This document shows, piece by piece, positions 37,138 through 46,514 of a DNA stretch of 64,000 nucleotides (its first letter is position 1; each line of letters starts with the position of its first letter). Where the stretch lies: the NCBI GenBank assembly GCA_947467315.1, contig CANIID010000001.1:579-64578 (forward strand). Reading direction: 5' to 3'. The DNA comes from Betaproteobacteria bacterium. GTDB lineage: Bacteria; Pseudomonadota; Gammaproteobacteria; Burkholderiales; SG8-41. Below the pieces are notes generated by a model, which was not told the DNA's origin, did not search any database, and saw nothing but the letters and a program-made list of their open reading frames with translations. The translations under genes were made by a program, and so were the position numbers.

Positions 37138-38133
37138 TTGCGTGTGTCGTTGCTGCGTGTCGCCTCATGGATTCCCGCCTGCGCGGGAATGACGGTTTCG
37201 TTGGGTGTTGCGCCGACTTTTGCGCAGCAAGCCGACCTCTACCCATCCAAACCCGTGCGCGTCATCGTGGGCCTCGCGCCCGGCGGCGGCACGGACATCA
37301 TCGCGCGCTTGCTGACGCAAAAAATGAGCGACAACTTGAAGCGCTCGTTCATCGTCGAAAACCGCACTGGTGCAGGCGGTACGGTGGCGTATGCCACCGT
37401 GGCGAAGGCAGCGCCGGATGGCTACACCTTGCTCGCGGTGGCCAGTGGTTACTCGATTACGCCGGCGGTTTATCCCAAATTAAGTTACGACCCGATCAAG
37501 GATTTCACGCCGATTTCGGTGGTGGTGCAGGCGCCCATCGTGCTGATGGTGCATCCCGCGCTGCCGGCGCGCTCGGTGAAGGATTTGCTGGCACTCGCAC
37601 GCAGCCCGCGTGCGCATCTGGATGCGGCTTCCGCCGGGCACGGCACGTCGAACCATCTTGCGTTGGAATTGTTCAACAGCCTCGCCGGGGTGAAGATCGC
37701 GCATGTGCCGTACAAGGGCACGGGGCAGGCGCTGGTCGATCTGATGGCGGGGCAGGTGCAGGTGATGTTCGGCAATATACTGTCGTCGTTGCAGTACGTG
37801 AAAATCGGAAAAATACGCGCGCTGGCGGTAACCAGCGCCAAGCGTTCGAGTGCGATGCCCGAGTTGCCGACGGTGATGGAATCCGGCGTGCCCGGCTATG
37901 AAACGACGACGTGGCACGGCTGGTTGGCGCCCGCCGGTCTGCCGCATGACATCGTTGCAAAACTCAATACAGAACTCGCGCGTGCGGTGCGCTCGCGCGA
38001 GGTGCTGGATAAATTAAGCGACGACGGTGGTGAGGCGGTGGCGGGCACGCCAGAACATTTCAGAAATCACATCGCCACTGAAATCGCGCGCTGGCGCAAG
38101 GTGGTGCGCGATGCGGGGATAAAGGCGGAGTAA
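37138..38133 (+). CDS. Bug/TctC-family substrate-binding protein; a REP element forms part of the signal-peptide coding region
   Basis: Mature part begins QQADLYPSKPVRVIVGLAPGGGTD. Start is TTG 37138 or GTG 37144 (GAAGAG RBS). WIPACAGMT is encoded by the family A REP. Confidence 0.8.
   Translation: MRVSLLRVASWIPACAGMTVSLGVAPTFAQQADLYPSKPVRVIVGLAPGGGTDIIARLLTQKMSDNLKRSFIVENRTGAGGTVAYATVAKAAPDGYTLLAVASGYSITPAVYPKLSYDPIKDFTPISVVVQAPIVLMVHPALPARSVKDLLALARSPRAHLDAASAGHGTSNHLALELFNSLAGVKIAHVPYKGTGQALVDLMAGQVQVMFGNILSSLQYVKIGKIRALAVTSAKRSSAMPELPTVMESGVPGYETTTWHGWLAPAGLPHDIVAKLNTELARAVRSREVLDKLSDDGGEAVAGTPEHFRNHIATEIARWRKVVRDAGIKAE
37169..37195. repeat. REP-like palindrome, family A (GGATTCCCGCCTGCGCGGGAATGACGG), inside a CDS
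   Basis: Same core as the copies at 14523 and 26832. Confidence 0.6.
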
Positions 38134-38142
38134 CCGACGGGT

Positions 38143-38571
38143 TTATCGCGCCAACCGTCGCACCGCATCCGGCAAGGCGATTGACTTCTGTGTTTGCGGA
38201 TCAACCCACACCGATACGCCAAAACCTTCCGCAGCAATAGCACCGCCGCTCTTCAAGAGATAGTGCGTGCGCACGCTGCTGTTGCCCATTTTTCCCAGAT
38301 AGACTTCCACTGTGATCGTGCCGGGATAGTGCAGTGGCGCACGAAACGAACACGCCGAGGCGGCGAGTACCGGTATGGGTGCGGGTGGCGTCATCGCCAG
38401 CCCCAGCGACTGCACCCAGCGCATGCGCGCTTCTTCCATGTAGCGGTAGTACTCCGCGTTATTCACGTGGTTGTCTGCGTCCATGTCGGCGAAGCGCAGC
38501 GGCAGTTGGTATTCAAAGACCTTGAGCAGCGTAGCGGCCACGTCGATGTCGGTACTGGTGATTTCAATCAT
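38143..38571 (-). CDS. 4HBT/YbgC-type acyl-CoA thioesterase
   Basis: RFADMDADNHVNNAEYYRYMEEAR hotdog-fold motif. Start at MIEITS (38571). Confidence 0.75.
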   Translation of the reverse strand: MIEITSTDIDVAATLLKVFEYQLPLRFADMDADNHVNNAEYYRYMEEARMRWVQSLGLAMTPPAPIPVLAASACSFRAPLHYPGTITVEVYLGKMGNSSVRTHYLLKSGGAIAAEGFGVSVWVDPQTQKSIALPDAVRRLAR

Positions 38572-38594
38572 AGAGGGCGGATTTAAAATAAATG

Positions 38595-38613
38595 AATAAA
38601 AACAATTGGTTAC
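38595..38613 (+). repeat. AT-rich 19-nt boundary motif, copy 9, degenerate (AATAAAAACAATTGGTTAC)
   Basis: Two mismatches to the consensus core. Lies 24 nt upstream of the thioesterase ATG, which has no SD. Confidence 0.45.
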
Positions 38614-38789
38614 GTTATTTTCGCGCGCACTAGTTCCTGCGCGTGGAGAGGCACGCATTGTACTCGTGGCCATGCGTTGCTTGAGGTCGAGATTTTATTT
38701 ATCCACCCGACGGTGAAACGCCGCGGTTGCGCGGCTTGTTGGCGCGAACGCGAATACCGTTCTGCTTGAACGGCGCGGGTTAAAATCGC

Positions 38790-39449
38790 ATGAATTCAAA
38801 TGATTATGCGACTGCTACAGGAGTCTTGTTGATTAGCGCTCCCGAACGATTGTTCGATCCTGCCACGATCTCGGCATTGCTGCGTTTGCCGCCACCGACT
38901 GCAGACCCGCTGGATTTGCATATCGGCGAGATCACCGAGGGCACGAAGGTGAACGATGCTGCGGTGCTGGTGCCGATGGTCGCGCGCGACGGCGGCGTCA
39001 ATCTGCTGTTTACCCAGCGCACGCCGCATCTGACGGCCCATGCCGGACAAATCAGTTTTCCCGGCGGGCGTGTCGAGGCCACCGATGCCGGACGCGAAGA
39101 CACCGCCTTGCGCGAAACCGAAGAAGAGATCGGCCTCGCGCGGCGCCATGTCCGGGTGCTCGGCACGCTGCCGGTGTATCCGCTGCCTTCCGGCTTTCGC
39201 ATTACGCCGGTGGTGGGCTGGATCGAAGCGCCGTTCGAGACGCAGCCTGATCCGTTCGAAGTCGCGGATATTTTTGAAATTCCGTTGGCGCATTTTTTGC
39301 ATCCGACGCGCTACCAGCGCCACGAATACGATTTCAACGGGCGGCATCGTCATTACCTGGCGATACCGTATGAAGGCCGTTACATCTGGGGCGCCACGGC
39401 CGGCATGCTGATGGTGCTGGCGCGCGTGTTGGCAGCGCGCGGTGCGTGA
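38790..39449 (+). CDS. NUDIX hydrolase, CoA-pyrophosphatase-like
   Basis: Nudix box GQISFPGGRVE....E.TALRETEEEIGL. Confidence 0.8.
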   Translation: MNSNDYATATGVLLISAPERLFDPATISALLRLPPPTADPLDLHIGEITEGTKVNDAAVLVPMVARDGGVNLLFTQRTPHLTAHAGQISFPGGRVEATDAGREDTALRETEEEIGLARRHVRVLGTLPVYPLPSGFRITPVVGWIEAPFETQPDPFEVADIFEIPLAHFLHPTRYQRHEYDFNGRHRHYLAIPYEGRYIWGATAGMLMVLARVLAARGA

Positions 39450-39455
39450 CCCCGC

Positions 39456-39944
39456 ATGAGCAGCGAGCGCGTGCCTTCGACCCCGGCGGTGCTGGCGTTA
39501 CGCGCCGCGAAAGTCGAGTTCACGCCGCATTTTTACACGTATGAAGAAAAAGGCGGCACCGCAGTATCGGCACGCGAGTTGGGCGTGGAGGAACATGCGG
39601 TGGTGAAAACGCTGGTGATGGCGGACGATAAAGCGGCGCCGCTGATTGTGTTGATGCATGGCGACCGCAAGGTATCGACCAAGGCGCTGGCGCGCGTGAT
39701 CGGCGTGAAATCCATCGAATCCTGCGCGCCGGACGTGGCGCAGCGCCACAGCGGCTATCGCGTCGGCGGCACCTCGCCCTTCGGCACGCGCAAGCCCATG
39801 CCGGTGTACGTGGAGCGCTCGGTGCTGGCGCTGCCGGCGATCTACATCAACGGCGGCAGCCGCGGGTTTTTGGTGCGTGTCGCGCCGGAGGTTGTGGTGC
39901 GGCTGTTGGCGGCGCAGCCAGTGGACGTGGCGATTGCGCTGTAG
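39456..39944 (+). CDS. ybaK: YbaK/EbsC-type Cys-tRNA(Pro) deacylase
   Basis: VKTLV, then GDRKVS.K and GY..GGTSPFG motifs. Confidence 0.8.
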   Translation: MSSERVPSTPAVLALRAAKVEFTPHFYTYEEKGGTAVSARELGVEEHAVVKTLVMADDKAAPLIVLMHGDRKVSTKALARVIGVKSIESCAPDVAQRHSGYRVGGTSPFGTRKPMPVYVERSVLALPAIYINGGSRGFLVRVAPEVVVRLLAAQPVDVAIAL

Positions 39945-40002
39945 CGACGCGGCGTGTACTGTGATGGCGCACGCATCGTAGTTTGAATGCGTCGGGAGGA
40001 GC

Positions 40003-41178
40003 ATGCAAAACCATAATAACGTGAAGCGGCCCAAGGTTGCGCTGATACTGACCGGCGGCGGCGCCCGCGCGGCGTATCAGGTCGGTGTGCTGCGCGCGTT
40101 GTCGGAGTTGCTGCCCAAGGACGCGCACACGCCGTTTCCGATTATCTGCGGCACGTCGGCGGGATCGATCAACTCCACCATACTGGCGGTGGATGCGGGG
40201 AATTTTCGCCATGCCGTGCGCCGCCTGATTACGGTATGGAAGAATTTTCACGTGCATCACGTGTATCGCGCGGATATGTTTGGCGCCTTTCGCCATAGCG
40301 CGCGCTGGCTGCTGGCGGCGTTATCCGGCGGGCGGCTGCGCACTTTGAGTGGCAATGCGCATCCGGTATCGCTACTGGATAATGCGCCGCTGGCCGCGTT
40401 GCTGAAGCGGTACGTGGATTTCAGCGCCATTCAGCGCAATATCGACAATGGCGATTTGACCGCGCTCAGCATCACGTGCTCTGGCTATTCCTCCGGCCAG
40501 TCGGTGACGTTCTATCAAGGGCATCCCGATTTGCAAAATTGGCAGCGCGCACGCCGCATCGGCGTGGCGATGCCAATCGAAATCGATCATCTGTTGGCGT
40601 CGAGCGCGCTGCCGTTTATCTTTCCGCCGATGCGCGTGCATCGCGAATACTTTGGCGACGGCTCGATGCGTCAGATTGCGCCGGTGAGCCCCGCCCTGCA
40701 TCTGGGCGCGGATCGCTTGCTGGTGATCGGCGTGGGCCGTCAACTACAGCCCGGTGCCGAGCGCATATCCAGCAGCGCGTTCCCGACGTTGGCGCAAATT
40801 GCGGGCCATGCGCTGAACAGTATTTTTCTCGACAGTCTTGAAGTGGATTTGGAGCGATTGCAGCGCATCAACCGCACCATAGAGTTGATTCCGGAAGCCG
40901 TGCGCAAGCAGGCCAACTATCCGCTGCACAAGGTGGAGTTCCGCGTGATTACGCCCAGCGAGGAGCTGGAAAAAATCGCCGCGGAATTCGCGCATGAATT
41001 GCCGCGCACTATCCGTACGTTGTTGTCGACCGTGGGCGGTACGCGCCGCAGCGGCTCGAATCTCTTGTCGTATTTGTTGTTTGAAAAATCGTATTGCCGC
41101 GCGCTGATCAAGCTCGGTTACAAAGACACCATGGCGCGCAAGGATGATCTGCTGCCGTTCCTGGGCTGGTCAACGTGA
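40003..41178 (+). CDS. Patatin-like phospholipase
   Basis: GGGARAAYQVGVL oxyanion motif, GTSAGS lipase serine, and a later DG. Confidence 0.8.
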   Translation: MQNHNNVKRPKVALILTGGGARAAYQVGVLRALSELLPKDAHTPFPIICGTSAGSINSTILAVDAGNFRHAVRRLITVWKNFHVHHVYRADMFGAFRHSARWLLAALSGGRLRTLSGNAHPVSLLDNAPLAALLKRYVDFSAIQRNIDNGDLTALSITCSGYSSGQSVTFYQGHPDLQNWQRARRIGVAMPIEIDHLLASSALPFIFPPMRVHREYFGDGSMRQIAPVSPALHLGADRLLVIGVGRQLQPGAERISSSAFPTLAQIAGHALNSIFLDSLEVDLERLQRINRTIELIPEAVRKQANYPLHKVEFRVITPSEELEKIAAEFAHELPRTIRTLLSTVGGTRRSGSNLLSYLLFEKSYCRALIKLGYKDTMARKDDLLPFLGWST

Positions 41179-41834
41179 CCGCCGAAAAGCCCTGGTCGGA
41201 AGCCTGCGAGCGCAATCGCGAGCCGATACTGGCGGTGTTGCGCGAGGCTTTCGCGGCGGCACGCGACGCGCTCGAAATCGGTTCCGGCACCGGACAGCAC
41301 GCGGTGTATTTCGCGCGGCATTTGCCGCATGCCGTATGGCACGCCAGTGATAGACCCGAACATCATGCGGGTATTCAGGCGTGGATCGACGAGGCGGTGG
41401 CACTGCATGCATTGGCCAACGTGCGCGCGCCGGTGGCGCTTGATGTGCGCGACACGCAATGGCCGGTCACAGCGGTGGATGCTGTGTTCAGCGCCAATAC
41501 GCTGCACATCATGGATTGGGAATCGGTGCAGGCGCTGTTTCGTGGCGTGGCGCGCGTGTTGAATGCGGGCGGCGTGCTGGTGGTCTACGGCCCGTTTAAT
41601 TATGGCGGGCAGTTTACGTCGGAGAGCAATGCGCGTTTTGATGCCAGCTTGCGCGCGCGCGGCGTCGGCAGCGGCTTGCGCGATTTCGAAGCGGTGAACG
41701 CGTTGGCGCTGGATATCGGTCTGGAATTGATGCGCGATGTGGCGATGCCGGCGAACAATCGCACGCTGGTGTGGCGGCGGGTGAGCGGCGCGGGAACTAT
41801 CGCGAAGCACGCGCATCCCACGCGTAAATCATGA
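41175..41834 (+). CDS. DUF938-type class I SAM-dependent methyltransferase
   Basis: RN.EPIL.VL, then LEIGSGTGQHAVYFA. GTGA overlap with the patatin gene stop. Confidence 0.7.
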   Translation: MTAEKPWSEACERNREPILAVLREAFAAARDALEIGSGTGQHAVYFARHLPHAVWHASDRPEHHAGIQAWIDEAVALHALANVRAPVALDVRDTQWPVTAVDAVFSANTLHIMDWESVQALFRGVARVLNAGGVLVVYGPFNYGGQFTSESNARFDASLRARGVGSGLRDFEAVNALALDIGLELMRDVAMPANNRTLVWRRVSGAGTIAKHAHPTRKS

Positions 41835-42769
41835 AAATAATTGCGCTATTGTTGGCGTTGCTGATTGAGCAGGTGCGGCCATTGCGCCGCGACAACGTGC
41901 TGCACGGTAGCTACGATGCGCTCGCGCACTGGTTGCGTCGGCAGTTCGATGCGGGCGAATACCGGCACGGCGTAGTGGCATGGGTGATCGCCGTCGTGCC
42001 GCTGACGCTGACGGTGTTCGTGGCCGACTGGTGGCTGCATCGCGTGAGTGCGCCGCTGGCGTTGTTGTGCGGCGTCGGCGTGTTGTATGCCACGGTTGGG
42101 TTTCGGCAGTTTAGTAATTTCTATAATGAAATCAATAGTTTACTGAAGGATGGCGAGATTGCGGCGGCGCGTGTGCAACTGGGCCGATGGCGTGGCGAGG
42201 AGGCCAGCGAACTCACCGCCGGCGAAGTCGCGCGCGTGTGCATTGAACGGGGATTGCTGGAATCGCATCGCAACGTGTTCGGGCCGGTCGCGTGGTTTGT
42301 CGTGCTCGGTCCGGCGGGTGCGCTGCTGTATCGCGCCGCTGCGGCGCTGCGGACTCAGTGGCCGGGTCACGCGACAGACGCCACGGCGGAATCCGCGCCA
42401 TCGGAAGCCTTTGCCCAATTCGCAGTGCATGCGTTTGAAATTATTGATTGGGTCCCCGCGCGGCTGACGGCGGTGACGTTTGCGGTGGCGGGCAATTTTC
42501 AGGATGCCGCCGATTGCTGGCGCACGCAGGCGCGCAGCTGGGCGAATCACGCCGAAGGCATCCTCCTCGCGGCGGGTGGCGGCGCGCTGGGCGTGAAGCT
42601 TGGCGGCGAACTGCATGAGTACGGGCGCGTGCGCTACCGGCCCGAATTGGGCGCCGGCGACGATGCCGACGTGGATTATTTATCGAGCGCGGTGGGGTTG
42701 ATCTGGCGCGCGCTGGTGATGTGGCTGTTTTTGATCGGCATCGTGACGCTGGCGCATTCGCTGGGTTGA
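41831..42769 (+). CDS. CobD/CbiB-family (AmpE-like) integral membrane protein
   Basis: Multi-TM protein. IDWVPARLTA...G motif. ATGA overlap with the upstream gene. Confidence 0.55.
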   Translation: MKIIALLLALLIEQVRPLRRDNVLHGSYDALAHWLRRQFDAGEYRHGVVAWVIAVVPLTLTVFVADWWLHRVSAPLALLCGVGVLYATVGFRQFSNFYNEINSLLKDGEIAAARVQLGRWRGEEASELTAGEVARVCIERGLLESHRNVFGPVAWFVVLGPAGALLYRAAAALRTQWPGHATDATAESAPSEAFAQFAVHAFEIIDWVPARLTAVTFAVAGNFQDAADCWRTQARSWANHAEGILLAAGGGALGVKLGGELHEYGRVRYRPELGAGDDADVDYLSSAVGLIWRALVMWLFLIGIVTLAHSLG

Positions 42770-42812
42770 GTCAGCGGGATGTGAAGCGCCAAGTCCCGCT
42801 GCACGGGGGACG

Positions 42813-43739
42813 CTAGTCGTAGCGCCGCGCCTGCGCGCGCAGCCGGTCTTCCGTCAGCGTGCGGTACGACGCGAGCCGTGTCGCGGCGATTTTCCCGGCG
42901 GCGGCCGCGTGTGTGATCGCGCAGCCCGGTTCCGTTCGGTGGGTGCAATCGCGAAAGCGGCACTGCCCGAGCCAGGTGCGAAACTCGATAAACGCGTGCG
43001 CGATGTCTTCGGCGCTGATGTGGTGCAGGCCAAACGATTGCAGGCCCGGCGAATCGATCAGGTGGCTGCTGGCGTTGATGTGCAGCAGGCGCGCGCCGGT
43101 GGTAGTGTGCTTGCCGGAGTCGAGCGCGACGGACGTTTCCGCCACGGCCATCATGGCGTCGGGCACGAGCTTATTGACCACGGTGGATTTGCCCATGCCG
43201 GATTGCCCCACCAGCACGCTGGTGTGGCCTTCGAGCAATGCGCCCAGCGGCGCGATATCCTGTTTGGCACAGATACCCTCGACGCGATAGCCGAGTGAGC
43301 GATATACCGCGAGCGCGTCCCACGCGGCGGCGAATTGAGGCAGATCATTTTTGTTGAGCACGATCAGCGGCGCGATGCCGCCATGCTCACAGGCGGCGAG
43401 GCAGCGGTTGATCAGATCATCGTAGAAGCTCGGCACCGGCGCGATCACGATCACCACTTGCGTGACATTGGCGGCGATGAGTTTTTGCTTGTGGGCGTCG
43501 GAGCGGTAGAGCAGGGTGGTGCGCGGCAGTACCACTTCGATGACGCCGCTGTTGTCGCCGCTGTGCTGAATGTTGACCCGGTCACCGCAGGCGATGTCGC
43601 TGCGTTTGCCGCGCGTCGCGCATTCGATCAGCGTGCCGTCGGCAAGTTCGACGCGATAACGGCGGCCGAAGCTGGCGACAACTTGACCGGCGAGTTGCCC
43701 CGATGGTGCTGCTGGTGCACGCGTTTTATGGTCCGTCAC
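42813..43739 (-). CDS. rsgA: Ribosome small-subunit-dependent GTPase A
   Basis: VLNK.D, then GQSGMGKST, and the C-terminal zinc knuckle CRFRDCTHRTEPGC. Confidence 0.88.
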   Translation of the reverse strand: MTDHKTRAPAAPSGQLAGQVVASFGRRYRVELADGTLIECATRGKRSDIACGDRVNIQHSGDNSGVIEVVLPRTTLLYRSDAHKQKLIAANVTQVVIVIAPVPSFYDDLINRCLAACEHGGIAPLIVLNKNDLPQFAAAWDALAVYRSLGYRVEGICAKQDIAPLGALLEGHTSVLVGQSGMGKSTVVNKLVPDAMMAVAETSVALDSGKHTTTGARLLHINASSHLIDSPGLQSFGLHHISAEDIAHAFIEFRTWLGQCRFRDCTHRTEPGCAITHAAAAGKIAATRLASYRTLTEDRLRAQARRYD

Positions 43740-44074
43740 AAATCAAATAACGCATCGAGCTTGGCCGCGCAAATAAAATCGTTCTCGGACAAACCCTTGA
43801 TCGCATGCGTGACATACGACACGCGGCACTGGTTATAACCCACCGTGATGTCGGGATGATGGTCTTCGCGGTGCGAAATCCACGCGGCGGCGTTGACGAA
43901 CGCCATCGCCTGATAATAGTTTTTGAAGGCATACGTTTTGGCGATCACGCCGCCGGTGTGCTCCCAGTCCTTGAGCTGCTTCAACAGCTTGGTGATTTCA
44001 TCGCTGCTCAGGGGCGACACACCGCCTTCGCAGGGTTTGCATTTACTTTTGGCGAGATCGATGGCGGCAGTCAT
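43736..44074 (-). CDS. phhB: 4a-hydroxytetrahydrobiopterin dehydratase
   Basis: HHPD....Y..V.......GL..ND motif. ATG 44074 (TTG 44080 is also possible). 4-nt overlap with the rsgA start. Confidence 0.85.
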   Translation of the reverse strand: MTAAIDLAKSKCKPCEGGVSPLSSDEITKLLKQLKDWEHTGGVIAKTYAFKNYYQAMAFVNAAAWISHREDHHPDITVGYNQCRVSYVTHAIKGLSENDFICAAKLDALFDL

Positions 44075-44090
44075 AGTCAATTAAATATCG

Positions 44091-44109
44091 TTTAAAAACA
44101 TATAGTTAC
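44091..44109 (+). repeat. AT-rich 19-nt boundary motif, copy 5 (TTTAAAAACATATAGTTAC)
   Basis: Exact consensus. Lies 16 nt upstream of the phhB-like ATG, which has no SD. Confidence 0.6.
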
Positions 44110-44116
44110 GAATAAA

Positions 44117-45358
44117 TCACGACTGTCCCTGCAAGCGACTGATGCGCGCCAGCGCCGGCGGATGGGAGTCATAGAACATTGAATGCAGCGGGTCGGGCGT
44201 GAGTGTCGAGGCATTGTCTTTGTAGAGCTTGGTGAGCGCGGACACCAGGTCGGCGGCGGAGGCATGTTGCGCGGCATAGTGATCGGCTTCGAACTCATGT
44301 TTGCGTGAGTACATCGCCAGCAACGGTTGCAGCAAAAACGTGAAATTCGGAATCACCAGGAAAAACAGCAACAACGCCATCGCCGTGGAAGGTGTGGTCA
44401 CATTCAGCCCCGCGTAAAACCACGCCTCGCCCATCACCGCGCCGAGCAGCCACAGAAAAAAGAAACTCGCGGCGAAGGTCCAGGCGATACGCTTCACCAC
44501 GTGTTTCAGTTTGAAGTGGCCGAGTTCATGCGCCAGCACCGCTTCTACCTCGGTCGGGTTCAGGCGCTCTAACAGCGTGTCGAAAAACACGATGCGTTTG
44601 GTTTTGCCGAAGCCGGTGAAATACGCATTGCCGTGACTGCTGCGTATCGAACCATCCATCACCATCAGCCCCTTGACCTTGAAGCCGCAGCGCGCGAGCA
44701 GGCTGTCCACCCGCTCTTTCACCGCCGGGTTGTCCATCGGCGTGAATTTATTGAACAGCGGCGCGATCCACAGCGGGTAAATCGCCAGCAGCAGAATATT
44801 GAAGCCCATCCACGTGAACCAGGTGTAAAGCCACCAGTACTCGCCCATCTGCGCCATCAGCCACAACACGGCGGCGGCCAGCGGCAGACCAAACGCCGCG
44901 CCGACCAGCAGGCCTTTGAAAAAATCTTTCCAGAACAGCGCGGGCGTTATTTTATTAAAGCCGAAGCGCGCCTCAACGCGAAACGTGCTGTAGAGGCTGA
45001 ACGGCAGTTCGGCCAGTGTCATCACCACCACGGTCAGCACGATCAAGGTCAGGCCGCGCGCGATGCCATCAGGGAGCAACGAGGCGGATGCCTGATGCAG
45101 CCATTCCAATCCGCCGCCAAAGGTGAGGCCAAGCGCGAGTGCCACTTCAAGCGCACCCGACGCCAGCGCCAGACGCGTTTTGGCGCAGGTGTAATCCGCG
45201 GCGCGCTGGTGAGACTCAAGATTGATCTGGCCGGTGAACTCGGCGGGCACCGCGCCGCGGTGCGCCGCGACATGGCGCATATGCCGTGTGCCGAGCCAGA
45301 AGCGCAGGCTCGCCGCCGCCAATATCGCCGCGAGAAACGCCATTCCAAATGCGTTCAT
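44117..45358 (-). CDS. M48-family (Ste24/HtpX-like) membrane zinc metalloprotease
   Basis: [10 protein letters not shown] zinc motif, multiple TM helices, and a distal E.EAD. Confidence 0.8.
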   Translation of the reverse strand: MNAFGMAFLAAILAAASLRFWLGTRHMRHVAAHRGAVPAEFTGQINLESHQRAADYTCAKTRLALASGALEVALALGLTFGGGLEWLHQASASLLPDGIARGLTLIVLTVVVMTLAELPFSLYSTFRVEARFGFNKITPALFWKDFFKGLLVGAAFGLPLAAAVLWLMAQMGEYWWLYTWFTWMGFNILLLAIYPLWIAPLFNKFTPMDNPAVKERVDSLLARCGFKVKGLMVMDGSIRSSHGNAYFTGFGKTKRIVFFDTLLERLNPTEVEAVLAHELGHFKLKHVVKRIAWTFAASFFFLWLLGAVMGEAWFYAGLNVTTPSTAMALLLFFLVIPNFTFLLQPLLAMYSRKHEFEADHYAAQHASAADLVSALTKLYKDNASTLTPDPLHSMFYDSHPPALARISRLQGQS

Positions 45359-45405
45359 GGATAAACTATGCGAGAATGAAACTTGATCACTTTCATTCGC
45401 GGATT

Positions 45406-45951
45406 ATGGCACAAGACCCCAATAACCTCATCTGGATTGACATCGAGATGAGCGGCCTGGAACCGGAAACCGACAGGATTCTCGAACTTGCCGTACTCAT
45501 CACCAATTCGCAATTGGAGTTGGTGGCGGAGGGGCCGGTGCTGGTGGTACATCAACCGCAGCCGGTGCTCGACGCGATGGATGCTTGGAACAAGGCCGCG
45601 CACGGCAAAAGCGGCCTGATCGAGCGCGTGAAAGCCTCGACGCTGTCGGAAGCCGAGGCCGAAAACCAGTTGCTGGATTTCATATCGCAGCATGTGCCCA
45701 AGCGTATTTCACCGATCTGCGGCAACTCAGTGCATCAGGATCGGCGCTTTTTGGTCAAGTACATGCCCAAGCTGGAAGAATATTTTCTGTATCGCAATCT
45801 CGATGTCAGCACGCTCAAAGAACTGGTGAAACGCTGGAAACCCGAACTTCTCGCAGGCATGACCAAGCACGGCAAACACGAAGCGCTGGCCGATATCCAG
45901 GAATCGATCGCCGAGCTGCGCTACTACCGCGAGCACGCGCTGAAAATTTGA
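45406..45951 (+). CDS. orn: Oligoribonuclease
   Basis: [12 protein letters not shown] (DEDD exo I), then GNSV.QDRRFL and H.A..DI.ESI.EL.YY. Confidence 0.9.
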   Translation: MAQDPNNLIWIDIEMSGLEPETDRILELAVLITNSQLELVAEGPVLVVHQPQPVLDAMDAWNKAAHGKSGLIERVKASTLSEAEAENQLLDFISQHVPKRISPICGNSVHQDRRFLVKYMPKLEEYFLYRNLDVSTLKELVKRWKPELLAGMTKHGKHEALADIQESIAELRYYREHALKI

Positions 45952-46502
45952 TGTCGGGCCGCGTGCGCCGTACGTGTTTTGCCGGCGGCAATACCCACAT
46001 GATCGCGCTGGGGTGGGTGCTGTTGCTGGGCGCGATGTTCTGGTTTTTCTTTGACTGGAGCGAGCGCGAGGCGAATCCGAATCGCAACCTCAAGGCCAGC
46101 GCGTCCGCCGAGATCGTGTTGCAACGCAGCCGCGACGGCCACTACTACGCCGACGGCGAAATCAACGGCCGCGCGGTCAAGTTTTTACTCGATACCGGCG
46201 CCACGCAAATCGCCTTGCCGCGCGCGCTGGCGAATGACTTGGGACTCAAGCTCGGGCCATCCATCACCCTGCAAACCGCCGCCGGCCCGGCAGCCGGTTA
46301 CCCCACGCGTCTGGCGAGCGTGCGTCTGGGCGCGATAGAAATGTCAGACCTCGGCGCCGTGGTGTCCGAGGGCTTGGGCAACGATTCGGTGCTGCTGGGG
46401 ATGAATTTTTTGCGGCGTCTGGAGATGGTGCAGCGGGGCGAGCAGTTGATGTTGCGGGCACACGCGGCGGGGGCTGCGGATGCCGGCGCGACGCAGCGAT
46501 GA
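45951..46502 (+). CDS. Membrane-anchored retropepsin-like (clan AA) aspartic protease
   Basis: TM helix, then FLLDTGATQIALP active-site motif. TGATG junction with orn. Confidence 0.65.
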   Translation: MSGRVRRTCFAGGNTHMIALGWVLLLGAMFWFFFDWSEREANPNRNLKASASAEIVLQRSRDGHYYADGEINGRAVKFLLDTGATQIALPRALANDLGLKLGPSITLQTAAGPAAGYPTRLASVRLGAIEMSDLGAVVSEGLGNDSVLLGMNFLRRLEMVQRGEQLMLRAHAAGAADAGATQR

Positions 46503-46514
46503 CCTCGCTTGCGT

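Noticed and set aside
38667-38681. Sigma-54-like TGGCCATGCGTTGCT upstream of the NUDIX gene
   Set aside because: The GG and GC elements are 11 nt apart rather than 12, and the spacing is strict for -24/-12 promoters.
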